NCBI RefSeq assembly: GCF_000315625.1
Contig: NW_005434613.1
Span: forward strand, 67,029 to 131,028
Source: Guillardia theta CCMP2712
Lineage: Eukaryota > Protista > Cryptophyta
Length of the DNA: 64,000 bases
Reading direction: 5' to 3'
The first letter of the stretch is position 1, and every line of letters starts with the position of its first letter. Shown here one piece after another: positions 46,701 to 59,218 of this stretch. The notes beneath the pieces are model-generated. The model ran no database searches. It was not told the DNA's origin and worked only from the letters and a program-made list of their open reading frames with translations. The position numbers were made by a program, and so were the translations under genes.

Positions 46701-49700
46701 AGTTGTCAGTGGTGTCGATCCAGAGCGTAGCAGAGCCTGTGATGTTGTACTTCTTGTACTCCGGGAAGTCGATGAACGGGTTGGCCATGAGCGGCCCAGG
46801 CACGTCGTTGACGCAGCTTGTCCTGGGGCGGATGCCCCAGGTGAATGGCTTTGGGACGTCATTGAACTGATCCTCAGCAGCTTCGAATCGAGGGGCTGAC
46901 CGGACGACGATGTCACTTGACAAGTAGCCGACGAAGTTGACCAGGGTCGACCGGTTCGAGCCAAGGACAACCGCCCCGTCTAAGAACGCCTTGCCGCTCA
47001 CGTTGAGGTTCTGTCCTACGAAATGATCGATGTCCTGCAGGTTTCCTGTCGTGATCACTCGGCCGCTGGCGTCAGGGAACTGCATCGAAGATCTCCGCTG
47101 CGACTGGGTGCCGAACTTGAGGACCGTCCTGGAGGCCTCTCGAGTCGTGAACGCAGTCCCGTTGAAGGAACCGACATAATCGTAGGGGTTCTGAAAGATG
47201 ATAGTCTCGTTCATCCTCGGCCTCACACTCAAAATCGCTGCATCCCTATTGCTGTCGTTGGATACCTGGAACCCTTGGTTGATGTATGAGGGGCCACTGA
47301 CAAACACACTCGTCAGAGTTCCCGTGTCTTTCGTGATCCCCTCCAGGTTCCCTGTCGTCAGCACTGTCCCGTCGACGAAGGGAACCACCAGCCTCGACAC
47401 GGGGTCCATCTTCAGCGTGGGGCTCGAGGGCTCGAACTCCAACACGGTAGTGGACGTGGAAGTGAGGACGTTAAGTTGACCCGGCCCTCTGCTAGCATCG
47501 TAGGTGTATCCGGCCCGCTGGCCTCCGTGCGGGTAGAGGTAGTGCTTGCTGGGCTCCCTTGGCGGAAGCCTCACACCGGATTTGAGTTTGTCGGGCCCGA
47601 ACTCAAAAAGGCCGTTGACCTGCATGTCATTCTGCACTCGCAGGCTCGATACATTGCCGGACTCAAAGCTGATCTTGTCAAGATTCCCGGTAGTCAAAAG
47701 GTCGCCGTCAACGAAGGAAGGCACGGACAAGGTGTTGTTTGCCAGCTTGCTGCTGACCTGTTGGATCCCGCACGTGCCGTCGTAACATCTTTCAAACTTG
47801 AGCGCGGTCGTGCTCTCGTAGCTCGACCAGCCCTTGAGCTCGGCCGAGAGAACGCCCATGGCGGTGATGTCCTCAAGGTTGCCAGTCGTCACGATGGTGC
47901 CGCTGGCATCCGGGATCACCAGCGTCCGAGGCCTTTGAGGCTCAGTGAAGTTCACTGTGGTGGTGAAGTTGGGTACTTGCGACAGGTCCATGCATCGGAA
48001 GCCGAAGTCGTGCTCGTAGCAGGTAAGCGAGGGATCGTTCACACATGCCCCCCCATCCGTACACTCATCAGAGCTCTTGCATATCTCGCCATTCCTTGAG
48101 CCCCCAACGCAGAACTGAGGCCGCGATCGCCGCGCCGGGCAAACCTTCTGGTTGACAGCTGCAGGCGTGAGGACGCTGCAGCAGCAAACGAAGCACCTCT
48201 CAAGGGTTGTGACGCTCGCAAAGGTGTTCTTCCAGGTGTGTTCTGGCGAGTACTGGTTTGCGATTCTAGTGAAGATGCTCGGGAGGTCTGCGTTCTGTAC
48301 TGATGCTTCGATGAAGAACTTCGCCAGCTCATTCCTTCCATTCCAAGGAGTGGAGACATTGTGCGACTGAATGAGTTTCCATAGACTTGCCAGCATGTCA
48401 CGGGTGGCAGTGCTCGCGTGTATTGTGTCGCTGTAGAAGTCACTCAGCAGGTAGTAAACTCGGTACGCGTCAAATGTGGTAAGGTTCCAGTTCAGCCCCC
48501 GACAGTCTAAGAAGTTCATGTCCAAAGTTTCATTGGAGCAGGTCGTGTTGGAGCAAGAGAAACGTGAAGGTGGTGGAGGAATGATGTTCCCAAGGTCCTT
48601 GTGCCTCCCAGTATACACGAAAGTATCGTCTCCGCGCAACCCTGGGAGCTGATCGATATCCTCACGGTTTCCCGACGTGATGACTAGGCCAGTGCGATCA
48701 GGGAAGGTGATCGACCGCTGCTGACTGGGAGTCTCCAGGCAGAGTTTGGTATACATGCCGTCATTCACACCTCCGTCCAGAATTAGCGGGCATTCCTTGT
48801 CAATGACTCCGTCGAAGTAGACCTGACTGTTGGTCGAATCCCTCCCGACCTGGATGTAGTCTCCTCTGAGCTCTGAAAGCATGTTCACCCGCATTGTGGC
48901 ATTCCACTGACCCTCTGGCTTTGCAAACTCAATGCCGTTAATCAGCTCGCCGTGTAGTGACATGTCGATGTTGCGGATCATCGTTAGCGCCTTGCTGATT
49001 CCTCCAATGTTCTTGTATGTGAGGAACAGAGAGTCCTTGTGGGCGACAGCATTGGGTGAGCCAACTGTGAATTCGTAAGCCGCGGTTGATGTCGAGTCCT
49101 CCAAGCTCTTTACTAGCACAGCACCGTACTTCTTCTCCGACGCATCGCAACCGAACTGTCCGATAATGCCGCAAGTATTGTTACAGTCATCGAACACTGG
49201 GACATTGCAGGGAGTGGCGGAAACTTTCAAAATGCACTGTCTCATGTTCAAACCTGAGCCGACCTGGTTGCACTGATCGCCACAACCATTGTTCACTGGG
49301 AGTCCGCAAGGGACGGCTAGAGTGTTGACGTTACAGGATCGATCGCAAAACCTCAAAGGCTGCCAATCGTCCACCCCGTTGCAGCTCTCGAAGTATTGGT
49401 CGTTCCATCGAAGAGCTCCCATCTGATCCTTTGTGCACTCGATGTTGTCCACGGGCTGAGAGATGATCACACCGTTCACCCTGAGCTCTCCTTCAATCCT
49501 CGCTCCAGCTGTTGCTAGCAAGTTGTTCTTGATGATGTACCCTTGATCCGAAAGGGAGACCCAACCTGTGGCCTCCCCCACAAGAGTGAGAAACAAACAT
49601 GCCTGTATCCCAAGGAAGTGCCTCTGGCTTCGCAGTCCTGATCCTCCATATCTCAGACGTCTTCTGTCTGGCCGGGAACGCTTCATCTGACATAACTTTG

Positions 49701-49986
49701 ATCCTCTATCACATTCCTCCCTTTCACCGCAGCATCTTCCGACATGAATCCCGCTCTTTACGTGCCGTGGATCATCAGAGCCATGGCATGACTCGCAGGG
49801 AGTGCTCGCTGCCTCCTGATGCTCTTCGCTCTCGTTCCTTACTTGCCGACATGTTCGCCCACTGCAGCGTGCATCCGAACAGTCAGGGGCGAGTTGCTGA
49901 TGTCGAGGATCGAAACAGCCTCGCGTTCCCGACTCATCTCTGAGTCCGAACGCCTCTAGCAGCGCAGCTAATGACGGTGGTCTCAT
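40702..49986 (-). CDS. Giant tail-fibre-like protein with lectin modules and C-terminal Peptidase S74-like intramolecular chaperone/auto-processing domain
   Basis: 1723-aa ORF, ~100-aa exon, ~690-aa exon and several small 3' exons joined by GT-AG introns. 13 PDxxGTxxT(T/S)GN repeats. C-terminus AHTGSFVFTD..FNVRARGGIKF..GVVLEPRS|SSWSVLSDRNSKEDIQQV..|KLVKEVPISTWSY..|RHMGPMAQDFFMAFGLGED..ISSVDIDG|VALASLHGL then coiled coil. True start may be the downstream MKRSRP (~49687); last exon tentative. Confidence 0.88.
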
Positions 49987-50756
49987 TGCCTAGAGTTTGC
50001 AGGCAGCAGCTCCCATGCTGCAGCACTTGGACGCCATGACAGTTTCATGTCACGTTGCCTGCGGTCGCAGCACAAGGTCAGAATGCGGCAACAGTGTAGA
50101 TGGATCTATGAACATGGTGAGGCCATTACCCGTCTTGCTATCATGCAATTCTCAAGCATGTTGGCCTTGTAGGGTCGATGAATCTGTGGAGAAAGCTTGA
50201 AAGTCAGCTTCAACACGCGACATCAGCTGCAAGTCAGTCGAATGAGCAGAACAGCCCAAGCAATCATCTAGGACTGGAACATTCGCAGGAGCTCACAAAA
50301 TGAAACTCATCATAGTTGAAAGTTTAGTCATTCCCCCATCCCACAATCTCGCTAAACAAAAAAATTCATTATCCGATCGTCACTCAAAGCATTGCTCCCG
50401 TCACAGCTCTACTGGACAAGTGAGACAAATATCAACTTCCTCCCTTCTCTCAGCAGCTCCCATCCCGCTTTCTCGCTCCTCCTTTCACTAGTGTTTCCCC
50501 TCCTCTCCTCTGCCTCCTGCTGTCCCTTCCCCTCCCCCCCGTCTGCCTCCCCGCCATCGGGAATGACTACCGAGCGGCGTTTCACCTGAACAGCTTCTGG
50601 GGCCCCTCATCCCCACACATACAGACACCTGAGGCGGGCCGTGAAATTGTCTTGTTTTTTTAATTTTTTTTAATTTTTTTTCCTCCTTCGCAAACTTCAG
50701 CCAAGGGGGCAATGGGGAGAGGAGACTAGGCGAGGACAGGAGATGAGAGAAAGAGA

Positions 50757-51100
50757 GTGTCAGTGTCAGTATCAGTATCAGTATCAGTATCAGTATCAGT
50801 ATCAGTATCAGTATCAGTATCAGTATCAGTATCAGTATCAGTATCAGTATCAGTATCAGTATCAGTATCAGTATCAGTATCAGTATCAGTATCAGTATCA
50901 GTATCAGTATCAGTATCAGTATCAGTATCAGTATCAGTATCAGTATCAGTATCAGTATCAGTATCAGTGTCAGTGTCAGTGTCAGTATCAGTATCAGTAT
51001 CAGTATCAGTGTCAGTGTCAGTATCAGTATCAGTATCAGTATCAGTATCAGTATCAGTATCAGTGTCAGTGTCAGTGTCAGTATCAGTATCAGTATCAGT
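50757..51100. repeat. (CAGTAT)n microsatellite with CAGTGT variants
   Basis: ~57 tandem hexamers. Confidence 0.97.
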
Positions 51101-51171
51101 CTCATTATGAGTATGAGTATGAGTATGAGTATGAGTCTCAGTCTCAGTATCGAGATCAAGATCAACATCCA

Positions 51172-51270
<99 letters not shown>

Positions 51271-51305
51271 TAAGGGCAGGAGCAGGAGTAGGGGCAGGAG
51301 CAGGA
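51172..51305. repeat. (GAGCAG)n microsatellite
   Basis: Direct tandem run. Confidence 0.95.
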
Positions 51306-51317
51306 AACATAGCGATC

Positions 51318-54300
51318 ATGGGGCATGGCCAGCAACACAAGGAGTCAATAATTTCGGGACCAAGGATCAGAAACTGATTCTTTCTGCCCGACCACGAAAT
51401 TTATGTGAATGTCCAGGGACAGACGACGAGGAGCTGGTGAGGGCGGGAACCTGCGATGCCGTGGGTCAGGCCCGAAGGTTCAGGGGGGTCAAACTCCTTG
51501 TCATGGGAGGACGTCAGATCGTAAGCTGAAAGGCACAGTTGCAAGATCCTCCTCTGACCCCTCCCCTGCAGCAGCTCTGTGTTTGTCATGCAGAGGCACC
51601 GGTCGCACCGAGCTCCGGACTATCTCAGGTACGCTGCTGACCCTCCTGCAGGAGCTGGTTGACGGTGCTGCCAGGAACATGCTTGCTTCTGTGAGGCGCC
51701 ACCTGCGCTCAGGGACTTGTGAGTACCAAATCCTCCTGGCTGATAAGGTAGGGGCAGCTCCTCCTCTGACTTGATGTGACACGACGGTCCTACAGCATCG
51801 GACGAAGGTGGCAGAGGCAGCAACGGCAGGTGAGGAGGCGGGTGGAACGGTTCAGGTGGGTAGAGGTTGGGATGGGGTAATGATGAGATGCAGAGTCTGC
51901 GGATGAAGAATGGAGATTCCTCGAGAACAAAGTTGTCCCTCTCCTGCAGATGACGTCTACATTGTTGTCTCTTGTCTGTTGCCAGCGTCGGTCGTGATGT
52001 GAAGCTGCGCAGGTACGAAGATAATTTCTCCGCTGTCAGATGTCTCTTCGAGGCCGGTGAAGCCTTGTCGATTGACAGTTGGTCGTGAGATTGATTGCTT
52101 GACCGCAGCATACATCTTCGAGCATGACAATGAAGGTCTCTCTCCAAACCTTGAAGACTTCGCGCTTACAAGCTCATCTGGATAGTCCCGATTGCTCGGA
52201 GGTCGATCAGCTCGTTTGTTGTCAAAGTCTGGCAGGTATGATAAAAACCAACAAGCATGTGCTTTCAAGGCACACACGTGTGATCACTCAAGGATGATCG
52301 GACAGATCTGCAAAGACATTGTTCCAACGAGCAACCTCTGGATCAAACCCATCCCTTCCTCCAACAAGTGAGCAATCCTTGCCTTGAGCATTTCATCCAC
52401 GTTGAGCTTTCTGACGCTCCCCTCCCTCCAAGTGTGTTATGGCGCGTGATGGAGTCGAACGACTTCTTGACGTTGGAAGAGAGGTTCTCAATCCGAGGCC
52501 GTGCATCACATGACGCAGGTTAGCAGTATCCTGCCTTACGAGCACTTCGAGGGGATCTTCAGGTCGATCTGGAACAAAGATCCAGTAAGCTCTCAGTTCC
52601 TTGAGCTGCAAACCCTCATGCTCAATGCAGGTCAGGTTCAGGATCCTCGTCCGGTCCAAGGAGAAGCACGTACTTGCGCTGTCGTCGGACTTGCAGGAGC
52701 TCAAGGCACTGTGGAGGACGCTCAACGAAACTCTGCTGGTACATCTTGTCTGCTGTGGCTCGCAGGAACCTGAAGGTTTGACCTCGTTGCGATCAGCAAG
52801 CGTTGCAAGCGGCGGGGGTTCGCCCGTGTGTGCGGTGGAGGCCAAGGGCCAATGAGATGCTGGTGATTTTGCTTGTGGATGCTTGAGGGGGATGAGTAGA
52901 GAGGGCGAGGCCGTGTTCTTGTGAAGAGATCCAGAGAGGATGTCGATGTTGATGTCGACATAGACGTTGATGTAGACGTTGATGTAGACGTTGATGTCGA
53001 TATCGACATAGACTTTGATGTAGACGTTGATGTAGACGTTGATGTAGACGTTGATGTCGATGTAGATACACAGAGGTATATCTGGATTTGAGATGGTAAG
53101 GATCGTTCGCAGTGAGCAATGCAGAGAGGAGTGAAGCCATAGCACAGATGGACTCAGACGTCTTGCCTCCAGGTCAAGATCCTCTCCGAGCTCATCGGCT
53201 GCTGCACAACTTCAGTCATGAGGAAGAGAACAGCCGCGAGGGAGGAGGCGGAGGAGAGCGAGTCGAAGAGCTTGCAAGACAACGTTGAAGTCACGCTGCT
53301 GATGAGGTTGGACCTGTGCATGCTAGCGGGCCAGACTCTCTGTGCGTTGATGAGGAGACGGAGGGCCAGCAAGCTTTCTTGGATTGCAGCAGAGCTCAAG
53401 CGCATGCAGGTTGCCCCAACTATCTCCTCCCTTCCTCCTCCTGCCTCTTGCAATCCACATGGTTGCCTCCTGTCTCCTCTCCCGCTCCTCCCCTGCTCCT
53501 CCTTGCTCTTCTTGTGCTCTCCTCCTCCTCCTCTCCTCTTTTGTCTCAGGGTCAATTTGAGTTTCCCGTCTCCCCTCAATTTCCTTCAACATTCTTTGCC
53601 CCCCCCCCCTTCCTTCCCCACTACTCTTGCCCTGTTACTCATTCTGGCACAGGACTTCTTCGCTCTTCCTCCTGATACCTTCAAGGGTCTCGCAGCTTCC
53701 GCTGCGTCTCCTCCTCCTCCTTCGCAGCCCCCACGGTCATCCTGCAACCCCCAGGGCCTCCCGTCGATAGTGACATGGTGGAACATTTCTCCCTCCCCCC
53801 GCACGATCCAACGCAGGACGCGAGACTTTCCGTCGGTCGTCACCTGGTGGGGAGCAGACAAGGGCGGCGGAGACAGGTCAAGGGCTGCAGAGGAGGAGGG
53901 GGAGGGAGGAGAGAAGGAGGAGGAGGATACCTGGGCTGTCGAGCAAGAGATGAGCCATGAGGGCGATGCTCAGGAGGAAAACCTTCGAGCGCTGGGAGGA
54001 ATGATGATCAACGTGTGGGGGATAACTCTTGGAAGCTCGGAGGAGGAGGAGGAGGAGGGGGGAGGGGAGGAGGGGGCGCAGGGAGAGGAGGAGGAGCTTC
54101 GTCGAGGTGATAGCTTTCGTGTCATGGGAGACTCTGATGTTGTCGCAGTGAGAGATCACTTGAACCGCCTGCAATCTCTTCCACGAACAACAAGGGAAAA
54201 GGTTTTCCCTCTGTCTCCTCTCCTTTGTTTCCCTCCCGTCTCTCTCCCCCTCTGCCCCGATTTTCTTTGCTCTCTGCTCCTCTTCCACGATATCATGACA

Positions 54301-56414
54301 TGATGGCATGTTCTCTCTTCGTAGCTGCTCCAAATCCTGGTTTTCTTCGTGTGTTCCAATGGAAGGTTTTTCCTCCTAGTCAGAATTCATTTCTCCTTCC
54401 CTTCCCTTCCCTGCCATTGCCTTCACTGACTATCTACTTGCTCCCCTCTCCCTTCCTCTTCCTCCCTTTCTTTCCTTTCTCTCCCTCTCTCTCCCTCTCT
54501 CTCCCTCTCTCTCCCGCTCCTTTCCCCCTTCACTTCCTCTCTCAATCTTTCCTGCAGGTTGGATGCTCGTTGGCAGGAAGTACTGTCCTCCCTCTCCTCC
54601 TCCCTGGACCTCGACATCCTCGCAGTCCGCTTGTGGGAGGATCGCATGCTCGGTGAGACAGAGCGCAGCTCCAAGGATCTGACCCCATCCTCCCAGTGTC
54701 TGCGGCGTACATTACGTGCATCTCTCAGGACATGGACAGCATTCAGCTGGAGGGGGAAGGGCCGCAGGGCAGCAAGCGCGACAGAACTCCCCGCCCCTTC
54801 CCCGGTCTCCCCTCTCGACCCTCTGGGCCATCCAAGGGATGGAGAGTCGCTATGAGAGCGTTGGGCGCTGGAGTGCTCGCCATGATCGATGGGGAGCCTT
54901 CCCGGGGCAAGTCCAACCTGCTGATGGAAACCCTCCGCCCTCTCAAGACTCTCCATGGTATGCTCGTGATGAGAATCTTGGATCGGCGCTTACCTCTCTC
55001 CTCTCCTTCCCTCTCCGAACTCTCCTGCTCTCTCCTCCGCTCTTTCCACTCTTTCCTGCTCTTCTGTGCTCTCCGTTGACTCTCTTCTCATTCCTCCCTC
55101 CTCCCCCTCGTGCTCGTTCTTCCTCTCCATGCTTCTCCTGCACCAGGAACGGTCAAGGCCGCCATGAATGCTGCAGGAGACGGCGTGCAGGAGGCAAACG
55201 AGGTTTGCCTCCGCCCTGTGTGCGAGCCCAGCAGGACCCTTGCTCGATGCGGATTTCTTGTGAGTGGCTGGCTGGCTGGGCAGGAGGAAGTGTGCGAGCT
55301 CTGGAGCACGGCCATCAACCAGCTCGTGGAGAGGAGCGGGAGGACGGAAGTGACGCGCGAATGGTGCGCACTGAGGTGGGAAGTTGGACTTCAGCAGGAG
55401 GTGGGAAAGACAGTCTACGGAAGCAAGGACCTTTCCTCTGTGTTCCTCCGATACCGTCAAGGCATTCGATCTGTGGTACGGTCTGCTGTCTTACAGGTAC
55501 CAGGCTGCCTCCTCCCTAGCCTCTTGCGCGCAGACTCTAGTAACAGCCTGACGCTACTCTAAGGATCCCGTGAGCTTGCTGTCGGAAAAAGCGAAGGGGA
55601 CGGGAAGGCAGCTTGCTTTCACGATCCGCAAACATGGGAGGTGAGAGTAACATGCTGTGAGTGAAGGCCGTTCACGACCTTTGCTCCTTCTATCTCCCTT
55701 CCTCCTTGCAAGCTCTCGGCCCATCACGCTTGTAAGCGCATGTAGCTGAGCTCTCTTGCTCTGATCGTCTCTTAGGTTGGCTTCGGCTTCGGCGCGAGCA
55801 CGATACTCTCTGCCTTGATCGAGTTGGCCCGGACAGCTTCCTACGGACTGGTAGACGAAGTCTACCTCATCGGTACGGTTGTCTCCTGCAATGTGCAGCT
55901 GAACATCTCATAGGCATGCCCTCCACCTACGACGAGTCCTCATGGCGCGAGGCGCGAGGTCTGCCCAGCTCTTCTCCAGCTGACTCTGGTTACTGAGGGA
56001 TCCCTCAGCTATCGTGGCAGGGAGGTTTGTGAACTGCTACCACTCGTCGGACAAGTCAGTCCAGACGATCATCAGTCGAGCACTCCATGGCCTTGTCTGT
56101 GTCCTCGTCCCATCGCCTGCCTTGCTGATGGTCCTGCAGGTGAGCGGCCGGCAAGACACCGACGGGTCATGCCCGCTGCTGGACGAAGAGCTGGAGGATG
56201 TTGACATGAAGGTCTTGGGCCTCGGGGCTCCGAAGCTCCCGTCACGCTCGTGATGCTCTCCTGCAGGACGTCGGGATCTCTGCTATGGCCAACGGGTTCG
56301 TGGACTACCGGGGTGAGACCTGAGCTGAAGCTCTCGAGCTCTCGATGACGTGGCATCTTCTGGCTTGCAGGACACCTGGTCGACGTGCTGTCGTCGGTTC
56401 GTCTCATTCCTTAG
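51318..56414 (+). CDS. DUF726/TMCO4-like alpha/beta-hydrolase-fold protein with long N-terminal extension (5' end uncertain; could be two genes)
   Basis: 3' exons LVSGWL, ALRWE, KAKGTGRQLA, RPITL|VGFGFGASTI, GLVDEVYLIG|MP..W..R|AIVAGRFVNCYHSSD, ending YRGHLVDVLSSVRLIP*. Confidence 0.7.
52935..53066. repeat. 12-bp tandem repeat (GATGTAGACGTT)n, intronic
   Basis: Degenerate tandem copies. Confidence 0.85.
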
Positions 56415-56599
56415 CGTGCGACCTTCGCGTGCATGGCAATGCGACAGCCTCTGTGAAGAATTAGGAGGAGGAGGAGGAGGAGGAGGAGGAGGAGGAGGAG
56501 GAGGAGGAGGAGGGAGGAGGAGGAGGATGACTAAAACGAGTGCAACCATGCCCGCGTGTCAGTCAGAGAGATGCAGGTGGAGGACAAGATGCTTTAACT

Positions 56600-57369
56600 C
56601 GCACCCCCGAACATGTTTTGATAAGCCTTCTCACGACAGCTCAACGGGCAATTGCACGTGATTTTTGAGGGCTGAATGGAAAGTGCCTGTCCGGGTGGAC
56701 GACGTAGGAGGAATAATCCTACGAACGTTGCGGGCTCTGCCAGGCCAGGAGGGCAGTAGAGTCAGTGATGGGTTCAGCGTGAAAGAGAAAGTGCCTGTCC
56801 GGGTGGACTTCAGACTTGTGCACAGAGGGTCCGTCCCTAACAAGCATGTTCTGGTAGATGCCTCCGCCAATCATTCCGTTGGTGAGCCATGGGTCGACAG
56901 ACCCAACAGCGACGGGTTTGGAGAAGGAAAGACAAGTCGGATAAGCACTGTCGTCCAGCCGTGTTCCACTCGCGGCAGTAAGGGTCGGATACTCGGCCGC
57001 AACCTATCCACTTGTGGGAGAACTGACCAGGTGCATATCCCTTGTGCTGGCGCGGCCGCTTTCGCCGTCCTGCGACTTGCGGCAGTGCAGACATCTCTCA
57101 TGTCCCGTTGGCTGTTCCAAACGGGGAGATCGTTCTTCCACTGCCAGCCCGGCCTAGTAGTAGATGCCACTGGTCTCCGCTGTTGTACGGTCACGTAGTA
57201 ACCGGCCGCATCGAAAGTCCGGCCTCACGGCGGATACTGTTGCCACCTGTGTGTCCGACGTTCAAGGCTCCTCCGCCTCCACTCTCCTTGATTGTCCTCG
57301 TACTGATTTTGACTTAACTTTGAGTAAAAGGGAGGGGGGCAGGGGCGAGGGCGGGGACGAGGCGTCCAT
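56600..57369 (-). CDS. Hypothetical small multi-exon protein
   Basis: Fragments MDASSPPSPLPPSLLLK, GYAPGQFSHKWIGCGRVSDPYCREW, VDPWLTNGMIGGGIYQNMLVRD, duplicated VHPDRHF; splicing unresolved. Confidence 0.35.
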
Positions 57370-57469
57370 GGCGTCACGTCGGTCTTGTCCGTTTCAACGG
57401 TCAGCGAGGAAACTTGAAACTGAAATTCCTGAATTAAAGCCTCACGAGGCAGGGGTAGTGAAACGCTTT

Positions 57470-58000
57470 GGGAGAATTCAGGTACTGATGTAACTTTGAA
57501 AATTAGGAGGGAATTTTCCACCGCAGGGGAAACTTTGAACAAATCAATGGCGGACCATGCCACTGTTGGCCTCCGAAAGGTTTTGTTTTCACATCGTTTC
57601 AGGAAACATGATCCCCCTGCAGGGTACCCTACCCCTGAAAGTTTTCCAGTCATATTGGGGGTAGGCATTGGGCCGTGTCAATACACATAAGAAAATACAA
57701 AAATGGTACCCCTCCCAAAAGTTGTGGTACCCCCCTTTGCGTCGTTAGTACCCCGTCTTTCCCACAAAAATCGTTGAAATCTACCCATCTGAAATTATCC
57801 TCACCCCCCCAATTTACATGGTGCGTCCACAAAATCTCCGTGGGGGTGCTCCGATTCTTTACAGATGGTGTTACAATTGTTTTTAGGGTACCCCTGCGAT
57901 TCTAACAATACTACACACCTGTACCCCAAACATCACCCAAATTCCCGGGAAACGTAGGGGTACATCTCGTTTAGTAAAGTACCCCTACCCCCTCGAAACG
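57470..58000. promoter_or_regulatory. TACCCC/GGTACC-rich block between divergent genes
   Basis: gggtaccctacccc, ggtacccc, ggtaccccc, gtacccc, gggtacccc, gtacccctacccc. Confidence 0.45.
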
Positions 58001-58645
58001 ATATCGGCCTCCTTTTCCTTGGTACGGAAACGATGCCACCTTCTACCCGCTACACTGCCGTCCTCCAAGCTTCGCCCCCTTGCCTTGCTGAACTCTGACT
58101 CTCTTCCTCCTTCTTGGCTCTCTCTACTCCCTCATCAACCTCTTGCTCCTGCACTTCGTATTCACCTGATAAGGATAATTTCAACACGAGCCCACGCCCA
58201 TCTAGGTAGAGTGTTTTGCGTCTTCCTGCAACTTGTCTCCTTGCACTTTGATGTCTGGAACTTTACCTTTGAGTTCGATCGTAGACAAGCATTTTTATTT
58301 TATTTCATTCCCTCTGCATCTGTTTTGTCCAAATATCACCAGATCAAATGGTCCGTGGCTCAGTTGTTTTTCCACTCGAACTTTGTTGCCTTCTTGGATC
58401 GGAATTGCATCCTGATAGATTGCACTCCCACAATAGATTTTGATTGTATGAGATCAACATTCATGATATTCAACATTCATGACGACCACATTGTTGTGTT
58501 TTCATGCATGTCCTGCGTACATCACTTTCAGCTGCATCGCCTGACACTTGATGTGCGGCAGGACTTGGAAAGTATCCCGAAAACAATCGGAAGCCTCAGA
58601 TATCTTCTCGTGCATTGAAGGCATCGTTACATCAATCCAGAGGTC

Positions 58646-59218
58646 ATGATTGAGAACGTAGGAGCTAGATATCCGCACATGAAGCAGCTCTTCAAGGAAG
58701 CTCTCGAGCACGTAGAGGGCATTGAGGAGCAACGAGGATCCGTGGCGGTCGTCCCTAGCATCCATGGCCAAGACACGGACGAAGAAGGGGATCAAGGCAT
58801 GTCTTCGTCGTCTGAGAGCACAGCGAATCATAACGAGGAGCACTCAAGTGCACGGGCCAAAGGCGGGCTTGACGTGGAGGACGCAAAGGTCATTTTCTGT
58901 GCGATGCCTTCGGGGAAACGGAAAGTCACCAGGACGAGCAAGCTGTTGGGAGCGAAGTATGGGGTGAGCCCAAAGACTATCCGAGACATCTGGAACAAAC
59001 GGACTTGGGTGCATGCGACTGTGAGCTTCTGGACCAAGGAAGAGCAGATGTCACACTCCAAGGTGCTTTGCGACAACTGTTCCATGTCTGTGGGAACAGC
59101 GTGCCTGATGAACGGGCAGTGTGCCTGTCGCAAGAAGCTCGGCCGACCATCGGGAGCAAGAGATAGAAAACCTCGCAAACGACGAGGCTTGGGATTCTCT
59201 GGAATCTCTTCCAGTTGA
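58646..59218 (+). CDS. Putative helix-turn-helix DNA-binding protein with AT-hook-like tail
   Basis: 190 aa; SKLLGAKYGVSPKTIRDIWNKRTW (HTH pattern), Cys cluster, LGRPSGARDRKPRKRR. Confidence 0.75.
   Translation: MIENVGARYPHMKQLFKEALEHVEGIEEQRGSVAVVPSIHGQDTDEEGDQGMSSSSESTANHNEEHSSARAKGGLDVEDAKVIFCAMPSGKRKVTRTSKLLGAKYGVSPKTIRDIWNKRTWVHATVSFWTKEEQMSHSKVLCDNCSMSVGTACLMNGQCACRKKLGRPSGARDRKPRKRRGLGFSGISSS

Noticed and set aside
40702-49986. Prophage, endogenous virus or bacterial contamination as the source of the fibre gene
   Set aside because: No other phage genes or integrase; the gene has spliceosomal introns with the same low-complexity filler as its neighbours
50488-51340. Poly-IL/DT/QY/SV ORFs
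   Set aside because: Artefacts of the (CAGTAT)n and (GAGCAG)n microsatellites
1265-58000. TACCCC and CCGG blocks as MITEs or telomeric repeats
   Set aside because: No terminal inverted repeats, target-site duplications, alignable copies or tandem periodicity were seen by eye
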